From Eledone cirrhosa (taxonomy: Eukaryota): a DNA stretch of 64,000 nt. Shown one piece after another: positions 47,143 to 60,300 of this stretch (positions are counted from its first letter, which is position 1; each line of letters starts with the position of its first letter). Position numbers and translations under genes: made by a program. The notes under the pieces were generated by a model. That model was not told where the DNA came from. It saw only the letters and a program-made list of their open reading frames with translations, and did no database searches. Location: contig OZ024740.1 in assembly GCA_964016885.1 (NCBI GenBank), positions 10,850,001 through 10,914,000 on the forward strand, given 5' to 3'.

Positions 47143-48201
47143 GTAAGGAAACAACATTTTTATTTTATCAATTACATCATTGCTTTATTGTATTCTAATT
47201 TTTTTGTGTATGAGGGGCCCCCAAATTGAGAAGTGCCCCATGCTCCCCAAGATCTAAAATTTAACCCTGTCCATAAGGGGCTACTCTGTATAGCTATATC
47301 GTAATCACCATGATATTTCTATAGTATATTTTGTAATGCATCAACATGGTTTCTTTCTAAATGCTTTAATGTTTACAAATTAATGTTTAATTATTCGAAT
47401 TACTTTAATGTTTGGATAATTAATTCACCAATTTTAAAATAATTAACTATTCAAAACTCCTTATAGAAATTTATGTCTAGTAAATCAATTATAAAGCAGC
47501 TTAATAAGCATCCTGAGTTCTCGATTTATCATGGAATATATGTTAGTTGATTGCTGATTGTTGTGTATATTTTCCACAGCTACAGTTGCTGTGTAGGTTT
47601 TTTTTTCAGTAAAATGAAGTTATGTACTGTTGGAAATGAGTTATCTCATCAGTGGCCCTGGAATGCAAACCTGTTAGGTCGAGTTATCTCAACTACGGCA
47701 CTGAAGAGGTTAAATTTGTTTATTGCCTCTGAGAGAGTGGAGGTCTTATCTAGCATTCCATTAAGAAATATGTATGCTTCTCTGTGCTTTCCTTTGTGTC
47801 CCTAATATATTTATTATGCAAACACAAGCATAATTTGCCAACACTACACCTGCTATTCTCCTTCCAAACACATGCATGCATGTTTTGTTTGTGTCTGTAT
47901 GTATATCATGACTCATCACTGTTCCCTTTCTTGACATTTGTACATCGCTCTATATACTATACATGCACCTTTAATGAGTTGTAGTGCACCTGGGCACTGT
48001 ACACAATTTTCATTATATTATTATTATTTTTATATGCACACACATTCACTCATTTCATTTTCAACATAGTCAACTATATCCCTCACTCCTTATATGTCGC
48101 TTTGTAAATCTATATAAAAAATCAGTCCTTTGGTGAACCCTCCCTCATCCTAATACAAAATTACTTGGAACTTATTTCATCTATCTTATGTTTATTTTTA
48201 G

Positions 48202-48306
48202 CCATTATAATAAAACCAGTGAACTGCAAGTCTCACCTGTGCTTTACTCATCATACGGAATGCAACAACCAAACTAAAATCACGCTTTTGACTGATAAAT
48301 TAGCAA
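48202..48306 (+). CDS. Candidate 105-nt phase 1-1 exon (AIIIKPVNCKSHLCFTHHTECNNQTKITLLTDKLA)
   Basis: tgtttatttttag| acceptor, open frame, |gtaagt donor, then a 63-nt intron ending tattttttattttacag. Confidence 0.55.
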
Positions 48307-48370
48307 GTAAGTGATTCAATACACCTCACTGATTAAAATATAGTTCAAGTATTTATTTTTATTTTACAGT

Positions 48371-51300
48371 TTTATAGGAGTGTTTGATACAGTTATGGGA
48401 GTGTTTGATACAGTTATGGGAGTGTTTGATAGAGTTATGGGAGTGTTTGATAGAGTTATAGGAGTATTTGATATAGTTATGGGAGTGTTTGATACGATTA
48501 TGGGAGTGTTTGATAGAGTTATGGTAGTGTTTGATACGGTTATGGGAGTGTTTGATACAGTTATGGGAGTGTTTGATAGAGTTATGGTAGTGTTTGATAC
48601 AGTTATGGGAGTGTTTGATAGAGTTATAGGAGTATTTGATATAGTTATGGGAGTGTTTGATACAGTTATGGGAGTGTTTGATAGAGTTATAGGAGTATTT
48701 GATATAGTTATGGGAGTGTTTGATACGATTATGGGAGTGTTTGATAGAGTTATAGGAGTGTTTGATATAGTTATGGAAGTGTTTGATACAGTTATGGTAG
48801 AGTTTGATAGAGTTATGGTAGTGTTTGATATAGTTATGGGAGTGTTTGATAGAGTTATGGTAGTGTTTGATACAGTTATGGGAGTGTTTGATACAATTGT
48901 GGTAGTGTTTGATACAATTATGGTAGTGTTTGATACAGTTATGGGAGTGTTTGATAGAGTTATGGTAGTGTTTGATACAGTTATGGGAGTGTTTGATACA
49001 ATTGTGGTAGTGTTTGATACAATTGTGGTAGTGTTTGATACAATTATGGGAGTGTTTGATATAGTTATGGTAGTGTTTGATACAGTTATGGTAGTGTTTG
49101 ATACAGTTATGGGAGTGTTTGATAGAGTTATGGTAGTGTTTGATATAGTTATAGGAGTATTTGATACAGTTATGGGAGTGTTTGATAGAGTTATGGGAGT
49201 GTTTGATACGGTTATGGGAGTGTTTGATAGAGTTATGGGAGTGTTTGATACAGTTATGGGAGTGTTTGATACGGTTATGGGAGTGTTTGATAGAGTTATG
49301 GGAGTGTTTGATACAGTTATGGGAGTGTTTGATACGGTTATGGGAGTGTTTGATAGAGTTATGGGAGTGTTTGATACAGTTATGGGAGTGTTTGATATGG
49401 TTATGGGAGTGTTTGATACAGTTATGGTAGTGTTTGATACAGTTATGGGAGTGTTTGATATAGTTATGGTAGTGTTTGATACAGTTATGGGAGTGTTTGA
49501 TATAGTTATGGGAGTGTTTGATAGAGTTATGGGAGTGTTTGATAGAGTTATGGGAGTGTTTGATACAGTTATGGTAGTGTTTGATACAGTTATGGGAGTG
49601 TTTGATACAGTTATGGGAGTGTTTGATACGGTTATGGGAGTGTTTGATAGAGTTATGGGAGTGTTTGATACAGTTATGGGAGTGTTTGATACAGTTATGG
49701 AAGTGTTTGATAGAGTTATAGGAGTGTTTGATATAGTTATGGTAGTGTTTGATAGAGTTATGGTAGTGTTTGATAGAGTTATGGGAGTGTTTGATACAGT
49801 TATGGTAGTGTTTGATACAGTTATGGGAGTGTTTGATACAGCTATGGAAGTGTTTGATAGAGTTATGGGAGTGTTTGATACAGTTATGGGAGTGTTTGAT
49901 ACAGTTATAGGAGTGTTTGATATAGTTATGGTAGTGTTTGATAGAGTTATGGTAGTGTTTGATAGAGTTATGGGAGTGTTTGATACAGTTATGGTAGTGT
50001 TTGATACAGTTATGGGAGTGTTTGATAGAGTTATGGGAGTGTTTGATAGAGTTATAGGAGTATTTGATATAGTTATGGGAGTGTTTGATACGATTATGGG
50101 AGTGTTTGATAGAGTTATGGTAGTGTTTGATACGGTTATGGGAGTGTTTGATACAGTTATGGGAGTGTTTGATAGAGTTATGGTAGTGTTGATACAGTTA
50201 TGGGAGTGTTTGATAGAGTTATAGGAGTATTTGATATAGTTATGGGAGTGTTTGATAGAGTTATAGGAGTATTTGATATAGTTATGGGAGTGTTTGATAC
50301 GATTATGGGAGTGTTTGATAGAGTTATAGGAGTGTTTGATATAGTTATGGAAGTGTTTGATACAGTTATGGTAGTGTTTGATAGAGTTATGGTAGTGTTT
50401 GATATAGTTATGGGAGTGTTTGCTAGAGTTATGGTAGTGTTTGATACAGTTATGGGAGTGTTTGATACAATTGTGGTAGTGTTTGATACAATTATGGTAG
50501 TGTTTGATACAGTTATGGGAGTGTTTGATAGAGTTATGGTAGTGTTTGATACAGTTATGGGAGTGTTTGATACAATTGTGGTAGTGTTTGATACAATTGT
50601 GGTAGTGTTTGATACAATTATGGGAGTGTTTGATATAGTTATGGTAGTGTTTGATACAGTTATGGTAGTGTTTGATACAGTTATGGGAGTGTTTGATAGA
50701 GTTATGGTAGTGTTTGATATAGTTATAGGAGTATTTGATACAGTTATGGGAGTATTTGATACAGTTATGGGAGTGTTTGATAGAGTTATGGGAGTGTTTG
50801 ATACGGTTATGGGAGTGTTTGATAGAGTTATGGGAGTGTTTGATACAGTTATGGGAGTGTTTGATACGGTTATGGGAGTGTTTGATAGAGTTATGGGAGT
50901 GTTTGATACAGTTATGGGAGTGTTTGATACGGTTATGGGAGTGTTTGATAGAATTATGGGAGTGTTTGATACAGTTATGGGAGTGTTTGATATGGTTATG
51001 GGAGTGTTTGATACAGTTATGGTAGTGTTTGATACAGTTATGGGAGTGTTTGATAGAGTTATGGGAGTGTTTGATACAGTTATGGGAGTGTTTGATACGG
51101 TTATGGGAGTGTTTGATAGAGTTATGGGAGTGTTTGATACAGTTATGGGAGTGTTTGATATGGTTATGGGAGTGTTTGATATAGTTATGGTAGTGTTTGA
51201 TAGAGTTATGGTAGTGTTTGATAGAGTTATGGGAGTGTTTGATACAGTTATGGTAGTGTTTGATACAGTTATGGGAGTGTTTGATACAGTTATGGAAGTG

Positions 51301-54300
51301 TTTGATAGAGTTATGGGAGTGTTTGATACAGTTATGGGAGTGTTTGATACAGTTATAGGAGTGTTTGATGTAGTTATGGTAGTGTTTGATACAGTTATGG
51401 TAGTGTTTGATAGAGTTATGGGAGTGTTTGATACAGTTATGGTAGTGTTTGATACAGTTATGGGAGTGTTTGATACAGTTATGGTAGTGTTTGATACAGT
51501 TATGGGAGTGTTTGATACAGTTATGGAAGTGTTTGATACAGTTATAGGAGTGTTTGATATAGTTATGGTAGTGTTTGATAGAGTTATGGTAGTGTTTGAT
51601 AGAGTTATGGGAGTGTTTGATACAGTTATGGTAGTGTTTGATACAGTTATGGGAGTGTTTGATACAGTTATGGAAGTGTTTGATAGAGTTATAGGAGTGT
51701 TTGATACGATTATGAGAGTGTTTGATAGAGTTATAAGAGTGTTTGATATAGTTATGGTAGTGTTTGATACAGTTATGGTAGTGTTTGATACAGTTATGGT
51801 AGTGTTTGATAGAGTTATAGGAGTGTTTGATATAGTTATGGAAGTGTTTGATACAGTTATGGTAGTGTTTGATACAGTTATGGGAGTGTTTGATAGACTT
51901 ATGGGAGTGTTTGATACAGTTATGGTAGTGTTTGATAGAGTTATGGTAGTGTTTGATACAGTTATGGTAGTGTTTGATACAGTTATGGAAGTGTTTGATA
52001 CAGTTATGGTAGTGTTTGATAGAGTTATGGCAGTGTTTGATACAGTTATGGTAGTGTTTGATACAGTTATGGTAGTGTTTGATACATTTATGGAAGTGTT
52101 TGATACAGTTATGGTAGTGTTTGATAGAGTTATGGCAGTGTTTGATACAGTTATGGTAGTGTTTGATACAGTTATGGTAGTGTTTGATACAGTTATGGTA
52201 GTGTTTGATACAGTTATGGTAGTGTTTGATACAGTTATGGGAGTGTTTTATATAGTTATGGTAGTGTTTGATACAGTTATGGGAGTGTTTGATATAGTTA
52301 TGGGAGTGTTTGATAGAGTTATGGGAGTGTTTGATAGAGTTATGGGAGTGTTTGATACAGTTATGGTAGTGTTTGATACAGTTATGGGAGTGTTTGATAC
52401 AGTTATGGGAGTGTTTGATACGGTTATGGGAGTGTTTGATAGAGTTATGGGAGTGTTTGATACAGTTATGGGAGTGTTTGATACAGTTATGGAAGTGTTT
52501 GATAGAGTTATAGGAGTGTTTGATATAGTTATGGTAGTGTTTGATAGAGTTATGGTAGTGTTTGATAGAGTTATGGGAGTGTTTGATACAGTTATGGTAG
52601 TGTTTGATACAGTTATGGGAGTGTTTGATACAGTTATGGAAGTGTTTGATAGAGTTATGGGAGTGTTTGATACAGTTATGGTAGTGTTTGATACAGTTAT
52701 GGGAGTGTTTGATAGAGTTATGGGAGTGTTTGATAGAGTTATAGGAGTATTTGATATAGTTATGGGAGTGTTTGATACGATTATGGGAGTGTTTGATAGA
52801 GTTATGGTAGTGTTTGATACGGTTATGGGAGTGTTTGATACAGTTATGGGAGTGTTTGATAGAGTTATGGTAGTGTTTGATACAGTTATGGGAGTGTTTG
52901 ATAGAGTTATAGGAGTATTTGATATAGTTATGGGAGTGTTTGATAGAGTTATAGGAGTATTTGATATAGTTATGGGAGTGTTTGATACGATTATGGGAGT
53001 GTTTGATAGAGTTATAGGAGTGTTTGATATAGTTATGGAAGTGTTTGATACAGTTATGGTAGTGTTTGATAGAGTTATGGTAGTGTTTGATATAGTTATG
53101 GGAGTGTTTGATAGAGTTATGGTAGTGTTTGATACAGTTATGGGAGTGTTTGATACAATTGTGGTAGTGTTTGATACAATTATGGTAGTGTTTGATACAG
53201 TTATGGGAGTGTTTGATAGAGTTATGGTAGTGTTTGATACAGTTATGGGAGTGTTTGATACAATTGTGGTAGTGTTTGATACAATTGTGGTAGTGTTTGA
53301 TACAATTATGGGAGTGTTTGATATAGTTATGGTAGTGTTTGATACAGTTATGGGAGTGTTTGATACGGTTATGGGAGTGTTTGATAGAGTTATGGGAGTG
53401 TTTGATACAGTTATGGGAGTGTTTGATACAGTTATGGAAGTGTTTGATAGAGTTATAGGAGTGTTTGATATAGTTATGGTAGTGTTTGATACAGTTATGG
53501 TAGTGTTTGATAGAGTTATGGGAGTGTTTGATACAGTTATGGTAGTGTTTGATACAGTTATGGGAGTGTTTGATACAGTTATGGAAGTGTTTGATAGAGT
53601 TATGGGAGTGTTTGATACAGTTATGGTAGTGTTTGATACAGTTATGGGAGTGTTTGATAGAGTTATGGGAGTGTTTGATAGAGTTATAGGAGTATTTGAT
53701 ATAGTTATGAGAGTGTTTGATACGATTATGGGAGTGTTTGATAGAGTTATGGTAGTGTTTGATACGGTTATGGGTGTGTTTGATACAGTTATGGGAGTGT
53801 TTGATAGAGTTATGGTAGTGTTTGATACAGTTATGGGAGTGTTTGATAGAGTTATAGGAGTATTTGATAGAGTTATGGGAGTGTTTGATAGAGTTATAGG
53901 AGTATTTGATATAGTTATGGGAGTGTTTGATACGATTATGGGAGTGTTTGATAGAGTTATAGGAGTGTTTGATACAGTTATGGTAGTGTTTGATAGAGTT
54001 ATGGTAGTGTTTGATATAGTTATGGGAGTGTTTGATAGAGTTATGGTAGTGTTTGATACAGTTATGGGAGTGTTTGATACAATTGTGGTAGTGTTTGATA
54101 CAATTATGGTAGTGTTTGATACAGTTATGGGAGTGTTTGATAGAGTTATGGTAGTGTTTGATACAGTTATGGGAGTGTTTGATACAATTGTGGTAGTGTT
54201 TGATACAATTGTGGTAGTGTTTGATACAATTATGGGAGTGTTTGATATAGTTATGGTAGTGTTTGATACAGTTATGGTAGTGTTTGATACAGTTATGGGA

Positions 54301-57300
54301 GTGTTTGATAGAGTTATGGTAGTGTTTGATATAGTTATAGGAGTATTTGATACAGTTATGGGAGTATTTGATACAGTTATGGGAGTGTTTGATAGAGTTA
54401 TGGGAGTGTTTGATACAGTTATGGGAGTGTTTGATACGGTTATGGGAGTGTTTGATAGAGTTATGGGAGTGTTTGATACAGTTATGGGAGTGTTTGATAC
54501 GGTTATGGGAGTGTTTGATAGAGTTATGGGAGTGTTTGATACAGTTATGGGAGTGTTTGATATGGTTATGGGAGTGTTTGATACAGTTATGGTAGTGTTT
54601 GATACAGTTATGGGAGTGTTTGATAGAGTTATGGGAGTGTTTGATACAGTTATGGGAGTGTTTGATACGGTTATGGGAGTGTTTGATAGAGTTATGGGAG
54701 TGTTTGATACAGTTATGGGAGTGTTTGATATGGTTATGGGAGTGTTTGATATAGTTATGGTAGTGTTTGATAGAGTTATGGTAGTGTTTGATAGAGTTAT
54801 GGGAGTGTTTGATACAGTTATGGTAGTGTTTGATACAGTTATGGGAGTGTTTGATACAGTTATGGAAGTGTTTGATAGAGTTATGGGAGTGTTTGATACA
54901 GTTATGGGAGTGTTTGATACAGTTATAGGAGTGTTTGATATAGTTATGGTAGTGTTTGATAGAGTTATGGTAGTGTTTGATAGAGTTATGGGAGTGTTTG
55001 ATACAGTTATGGTAGTGTTTGATACAGTTATGGGAGTGTTTGATACAGTTATGGTAGTGTTTGATACAGTTATGGGAGTGTTTGATACAGTTATGGAAGT
55101 GTTTAATACAGTTATAGGAGTGTTTGATATAGTTATGGTAGTGTTTGATAGAGTTATGGTAGTGTTTGATAGAGTTATGGGAGTGTTTGATACAGTTATG
55201 GTAGTGTTTGATACAGTTATGGGAGTGTTTGATACAGTTATGGAAGTGTTTGATAGAGTTATAGGAGTGTTTGATACGATTATGAGAGTGTTTGATAGAG
55301 TTATGGGAGTGTTTGATACAGTTATGGTAGTGTTTGATACAGTTATGGAAGTGTTTGATAGAGTTATAGGAGTGTTTGATACAGTTATGGTAGTGTTTGA
55401 TAGAGTTATGGGAGTGTTTGATACAGTTATGGTAGTGTTTGATACAGTTATGGGAGTGTTTGATAGACTTATGGGAGTGTTTGATACAGTTATGGTAGTG
55501 TTTGATAGAGTTATAGGAGTGTTTGATACGATTATGGTAGTGTTTGATAGAGTTATGGTAGTGTTTGATACAGTTATGGTAGTGTTTGATACAGTTATGG
55601 TAGTGTTTGATAGAGTTATGGTAGTGTTTGATACAGTTATGGTAGTGTTTGATACAGTTATGGAAGTGTTTGATACAGTTATGGTAGTGTTTGATAGAGT
55701 TATGGCAGTGTTTGATACAGTTATGGTAGTGTTTGATACAGTTATGGTAGTGTTTGATACAGTTATGGTAGTGTTTGATACAGTTATGGGAGTGTTTGAT
55801 ACAGTTATGGGAGTGTTTGATACAGTTATGGGAGTGTTTGATACAGTTATGGGAGTGTTTGATAGAGTTATAGGAGTATTTGATAGAGTTATGGCAGTGT
55901 TTGATACAGTTATGGGAGTGTTTGATAGAGTTATGGGAGTGTTTGATACAGTTATGGGAGTGTTTGATACAGTTATGGGAGTATTTGATACAGTTATGGG
56001 AGTGTTTGATACAGTTATGGTAGTGTTTGATACAGTTATGGTAGTGTTTGATACAGTTATGGGAGTGTTTGATACAGTTATGGGAGTGTTTGATATAGTT
56101 ATGGTAGTGTTTGATACAGTTATGGGAGTGTTTGATACAGTTATGGTAGTGTTTGATACAGTTATGGTAGTGTTTGATACAGTTATGGGAGTGTTTGATA
56201 CAATTATAGGAGTATTTGATATAGTTATGGGAGTGTTTGATACAGTTATGGTAGTGTTTGATACAGTTATGGTAGTGTTTGATACAATTATAGGAGTATT
56301 TGATACAGTTATGGTATTGTTTGATAGAGTTATAGGAGTATTTGATAGAGTTATGGGAGTGTTTGATAGAGTTATGGGAGTGTTTGATATAGTTATGGGA
56401 GTGTTTGATACAGTTATGGTAGTGTTTGATACAGTTATGGTAGTGTTTGATAGAGTTATAGGAGTGTTTGATACAGTTATGGGAGTGTTTGATACAGTTA
56501 TGGTAGTGTTTGATACAGTTATGGTAGTGTTTGATAGAGTTATAGGAGTGTTTGATATAGTTATGGGAGTGTTTGATACAGTTATGGTAGTGTTTGATAC
56601 AGTTATGGTAGTGTTTGATAGAGTTATAGGAGTGTTTGATACAGTTATGGGAGTGTTTGATACAGTTATGGTAGTGTTTGATACAGTTATGGTAGTGTTT
56701 GATACAGTTATGGGAGTGTTTGATACAGTTATGGGAGTGTTTGATACAGTTATGGTAGTGTTTGATAGAGTTATAGGAGTGTTTGATATAGTTATGGGAG
56801 TGTTTGATACAGTTATGGGAGTGTTTGATACAGTTGTGGTAGTGGTTGATAGAGTTATGGGAGTGTTTGATACAGTTATGGGAGTGTTTGATATAGTTAT
56901 GGGCGTGTTTGATACAATTATGGTAGTGTTTGATACAGTTATAGGAGTATTTGATATAGTTATAGGAGTGTTTGATACAGTTATGAGAGTGTTTGATACA
57001 GTTATGGGAGTGTTTGATATAGTTATGGGAGTGTTTGATACAATTATGGTAGTGTTTGATACAATTATGGTAGTGTTTGATACAGTTATAGGAGTATTTG
57101 ATATAGTTATAGGAGTGTTTGATACAGTTATGGGAGTGTTTGATACAGTTATGGTAGTGGTTGATAAAGTTATAGGAGTATTTGATATAGTTATAGGAGT
57201 GTTTGATAGAGTTATGGTAGTGTTTGATATAGTTATAGGAGTGTTTGATACAGTTATGGTAGTGTTTGATATAGTTATAGGAGTGTTTGATACAGTTATG

Positions 57301-60300
57301 GTAGTGTTTGATACAGTTATGGGAGTGTTTGATACAGTTATGGGAGTGTTTGATATAGTTATGGGAGTGTTTGATACAGTTATAGGAGTGTTTGATACAG
57401 TTATGGTAGTGTTTGATACAGTTATGGGAGTGTTTGATACAGTTATGGTAGTGTTTGATACAGTTATGGCAGTGTTTGATACAGTTATGGGAGTGTTTGA
57501 TATAGTTATAGGAGTGTTTGATACAGTTATGGGAGTATTTGATACAGTTATGGTAGTGTTTGATACTGTTATGGTAGTGTTTGATACAGTTATGGTAGTG
57601 TTTGATATAGTTATGGGAGTGTTTGATACAGTTATGGGAGTGTTTGATACAGTTATGGCAGTGTTTGATACAGTTATGGGAGTGTTTGATATAGTTATGG
57701 GAGTGTTTGATATAGTTATGGGAGTGTTTGATACAATTATGGGAGTGTTTGATACAGTTATGGTAGTGTTTGATACAGTTATGGTAGTGTTTGATACAGT
57801 TATGGTAGTGTTTGATGCAGTTATGGGAGTGTTTGATACAGTTATTTTAGTGTTTGATATAGTTATGGGAGTGTTTGATACAGTTATGGGAGTGTTTGAT
57901 ACAGTTATAGGAGTATTTGATACAGTTATAGGAGTGTTTGATACAGTTATGGGTGTGTTTGATACAGTTATAGGAGTATTTGATACAGTTATGGGAGTGT
58001 TTGATACAGTTATGGGAGTGTTTGATACAGTTATAGGAGTATTTGATACAGTTATAGGAGTGTTTGATACAGTTATGGTAGTGTTTGATACAGTTATAGG
58101 AGTATTTGATACAGTTATAGCAGTGTTTGATACAGTTATAGGAGTGTTTGATACAGTTATGGGAGTGTTTGATACAGTTATGGTAGTGTTTGATACAGTT
58201 ATGGGAGTGTTTGATACAGTTATGGTAGTGTTTGATACAGTTATGGGAGTGTTTGATACAGTTATGGTAGTGTTTGATACAGTTATGGGAGTGTTTGGTA
58301 CAGTTATGGTAGTGTTTGATACAGTTATGGGTGTGTTTGATACAGTTATGGTAGTGTTTGATACAGTTATGGGAGTGTTTGATACAATTATGGGAGTGTT
58401 TGATGCAGTTATGGGAGTGTTTGGTACAGTTATGGGAGTGTTTGATACAGTTATGGGTGTGTTTGATATAGTTATGGGAGTGTTTGATACAGTTATGGGA
58501 GTGTTTGATATAGTTATGGGAGTGTTTGATACAGTTATGGGAGTGTTTGATACAGTTATAGGAGTATTTGATACAGTTATAGGAGTGTTTGATACAGTTA
58601 TGGGTGTGTTTGATACAGTTATGGTAGTGTTTGATACAGTTATGGGAGTGTTTGATACAGTTATGGGAGTGTTTGATACAGTTATAGGAGTGTTTGATAC
58701 AGTTATGGGAGTGTTTGATACAATTATGGTAGTGTTTGATACAGTTATAGGAGTGTTTGATACAGTTATGGTAGTGTTCGATATAGTTATGGGAGTGTTT
58801 GATACAGTTATGGGAGTGTTTGATACAGTTATGGTAGTGTTTGATACAGTTATGGTAGTGTTTGATACAGTTATTGGAGTGTTTGATACAGTTATGGGAG
58901 TGTTTGATACAGTTATGGTAGTGTTTGATACAGTTATGGGAGTGTTTGATATAGTTATGGTAGTGTTTGATACAGTTATGGGTGTGTTTGATACAGTTAT
59001 GGTAGTGTTTGATACAGTTATAGGAGTGTTTGATACAGTTATGGTAGTGTTTGATACAGTTATAGGAGTGTTTGATACAGTTATGGGAGTGTTTGATACA
59101 GTTATAGGAGTGTTTGATACAGTTATGGTAGTGTTTGATACAGTTATAGGAGTGTTTGATACAGTTATGGTAGTGTTTGATACAGTTATAGGAGTGTTTG
59201 ATACAGTTATGGTAGTGTTTGATACAGTTATAGGAGTGTTTGATACAGTTATGGTAGTGTTTGATACAGTTATGGGAGTGTTTGATACAGTTATGGTAGT
59301 GTTTGATACAGTTATGGGAGTGTTTGATACAGTTATGGTAGTGTTTGATACGGTTATGGGAGTGGTTGATAGAGTTGTAGGAGTGTTTGATACAGTTATG
59401 GTAGTGTTTGATACAATTATGGGAGTGTTTGATACAGTTATGGGTGTGTTTGATACAGTTATGGTAGTGTTTGATACAGTTATAGGAGTGTTTGATACAG
59501 TTATGGTAGTGTTTGATACAGTTATAGGAGTGTTTGATACAGTTATGGGAGTGTTTGATACAGTTATAGGAGTGTTTGATACAGTTATGGTAGTGTTTGA
59601 TACAGTTATAGGAGTGTTTGATACAGTTATGGGAGTGTTTGATACAGTTATGGTAGTGTTTGATACAGTTATGGGAGTGTTTGATAGAGTTGTAGGAGTG
59701 TTTGATACAGTTATGGTAGTGTTTGATACAGTTATGGTAGTGTTTGATACAGTTATGGTAGTGTTTGATACAATTATGGGAGTGTTTGATACAGTTATGG
59801 GTGTGTTTGATACAATTATGGGAGTGTTTGATACAGTTATGGGTGTGTTTGATACAGTTATGGTAGTGTTTGATACAGTTATAGGAGTGTTTGATACAGT
59901 TATGGGAGTGTTTGATACAGTTATGGGAGTGTTTGATACAGTTATGGTAGTGTTTGATACAGTTATAGGAGTGTTTGATACGATTATGGGAGTGTTTGAT
60001 AGATTTATAGGAGTGTTTGATAGAGTTATGGGAGTGTTTGATAGAGTTATGGGAGTGTTTGATACAGTTATGGTAGTGTTTGATACAGTTATGGTAGTGT
60101 TTGATACAGTTATGGTAGTGTTTGATACAGTTATGGGAGTGTTTGATACAGTTATGGGAGTGTTTGATAGAGTTATAGGAGTGTTTGATACAGTTATGGG
60201 AGTGTTTGATACAATTATGGTAGTGTTTGATACAGTTATGGGAGTGTTTGATACAGTTATGGTAGTGTTTGATACAGTTATGGGAGTGTTTGATACAGTT

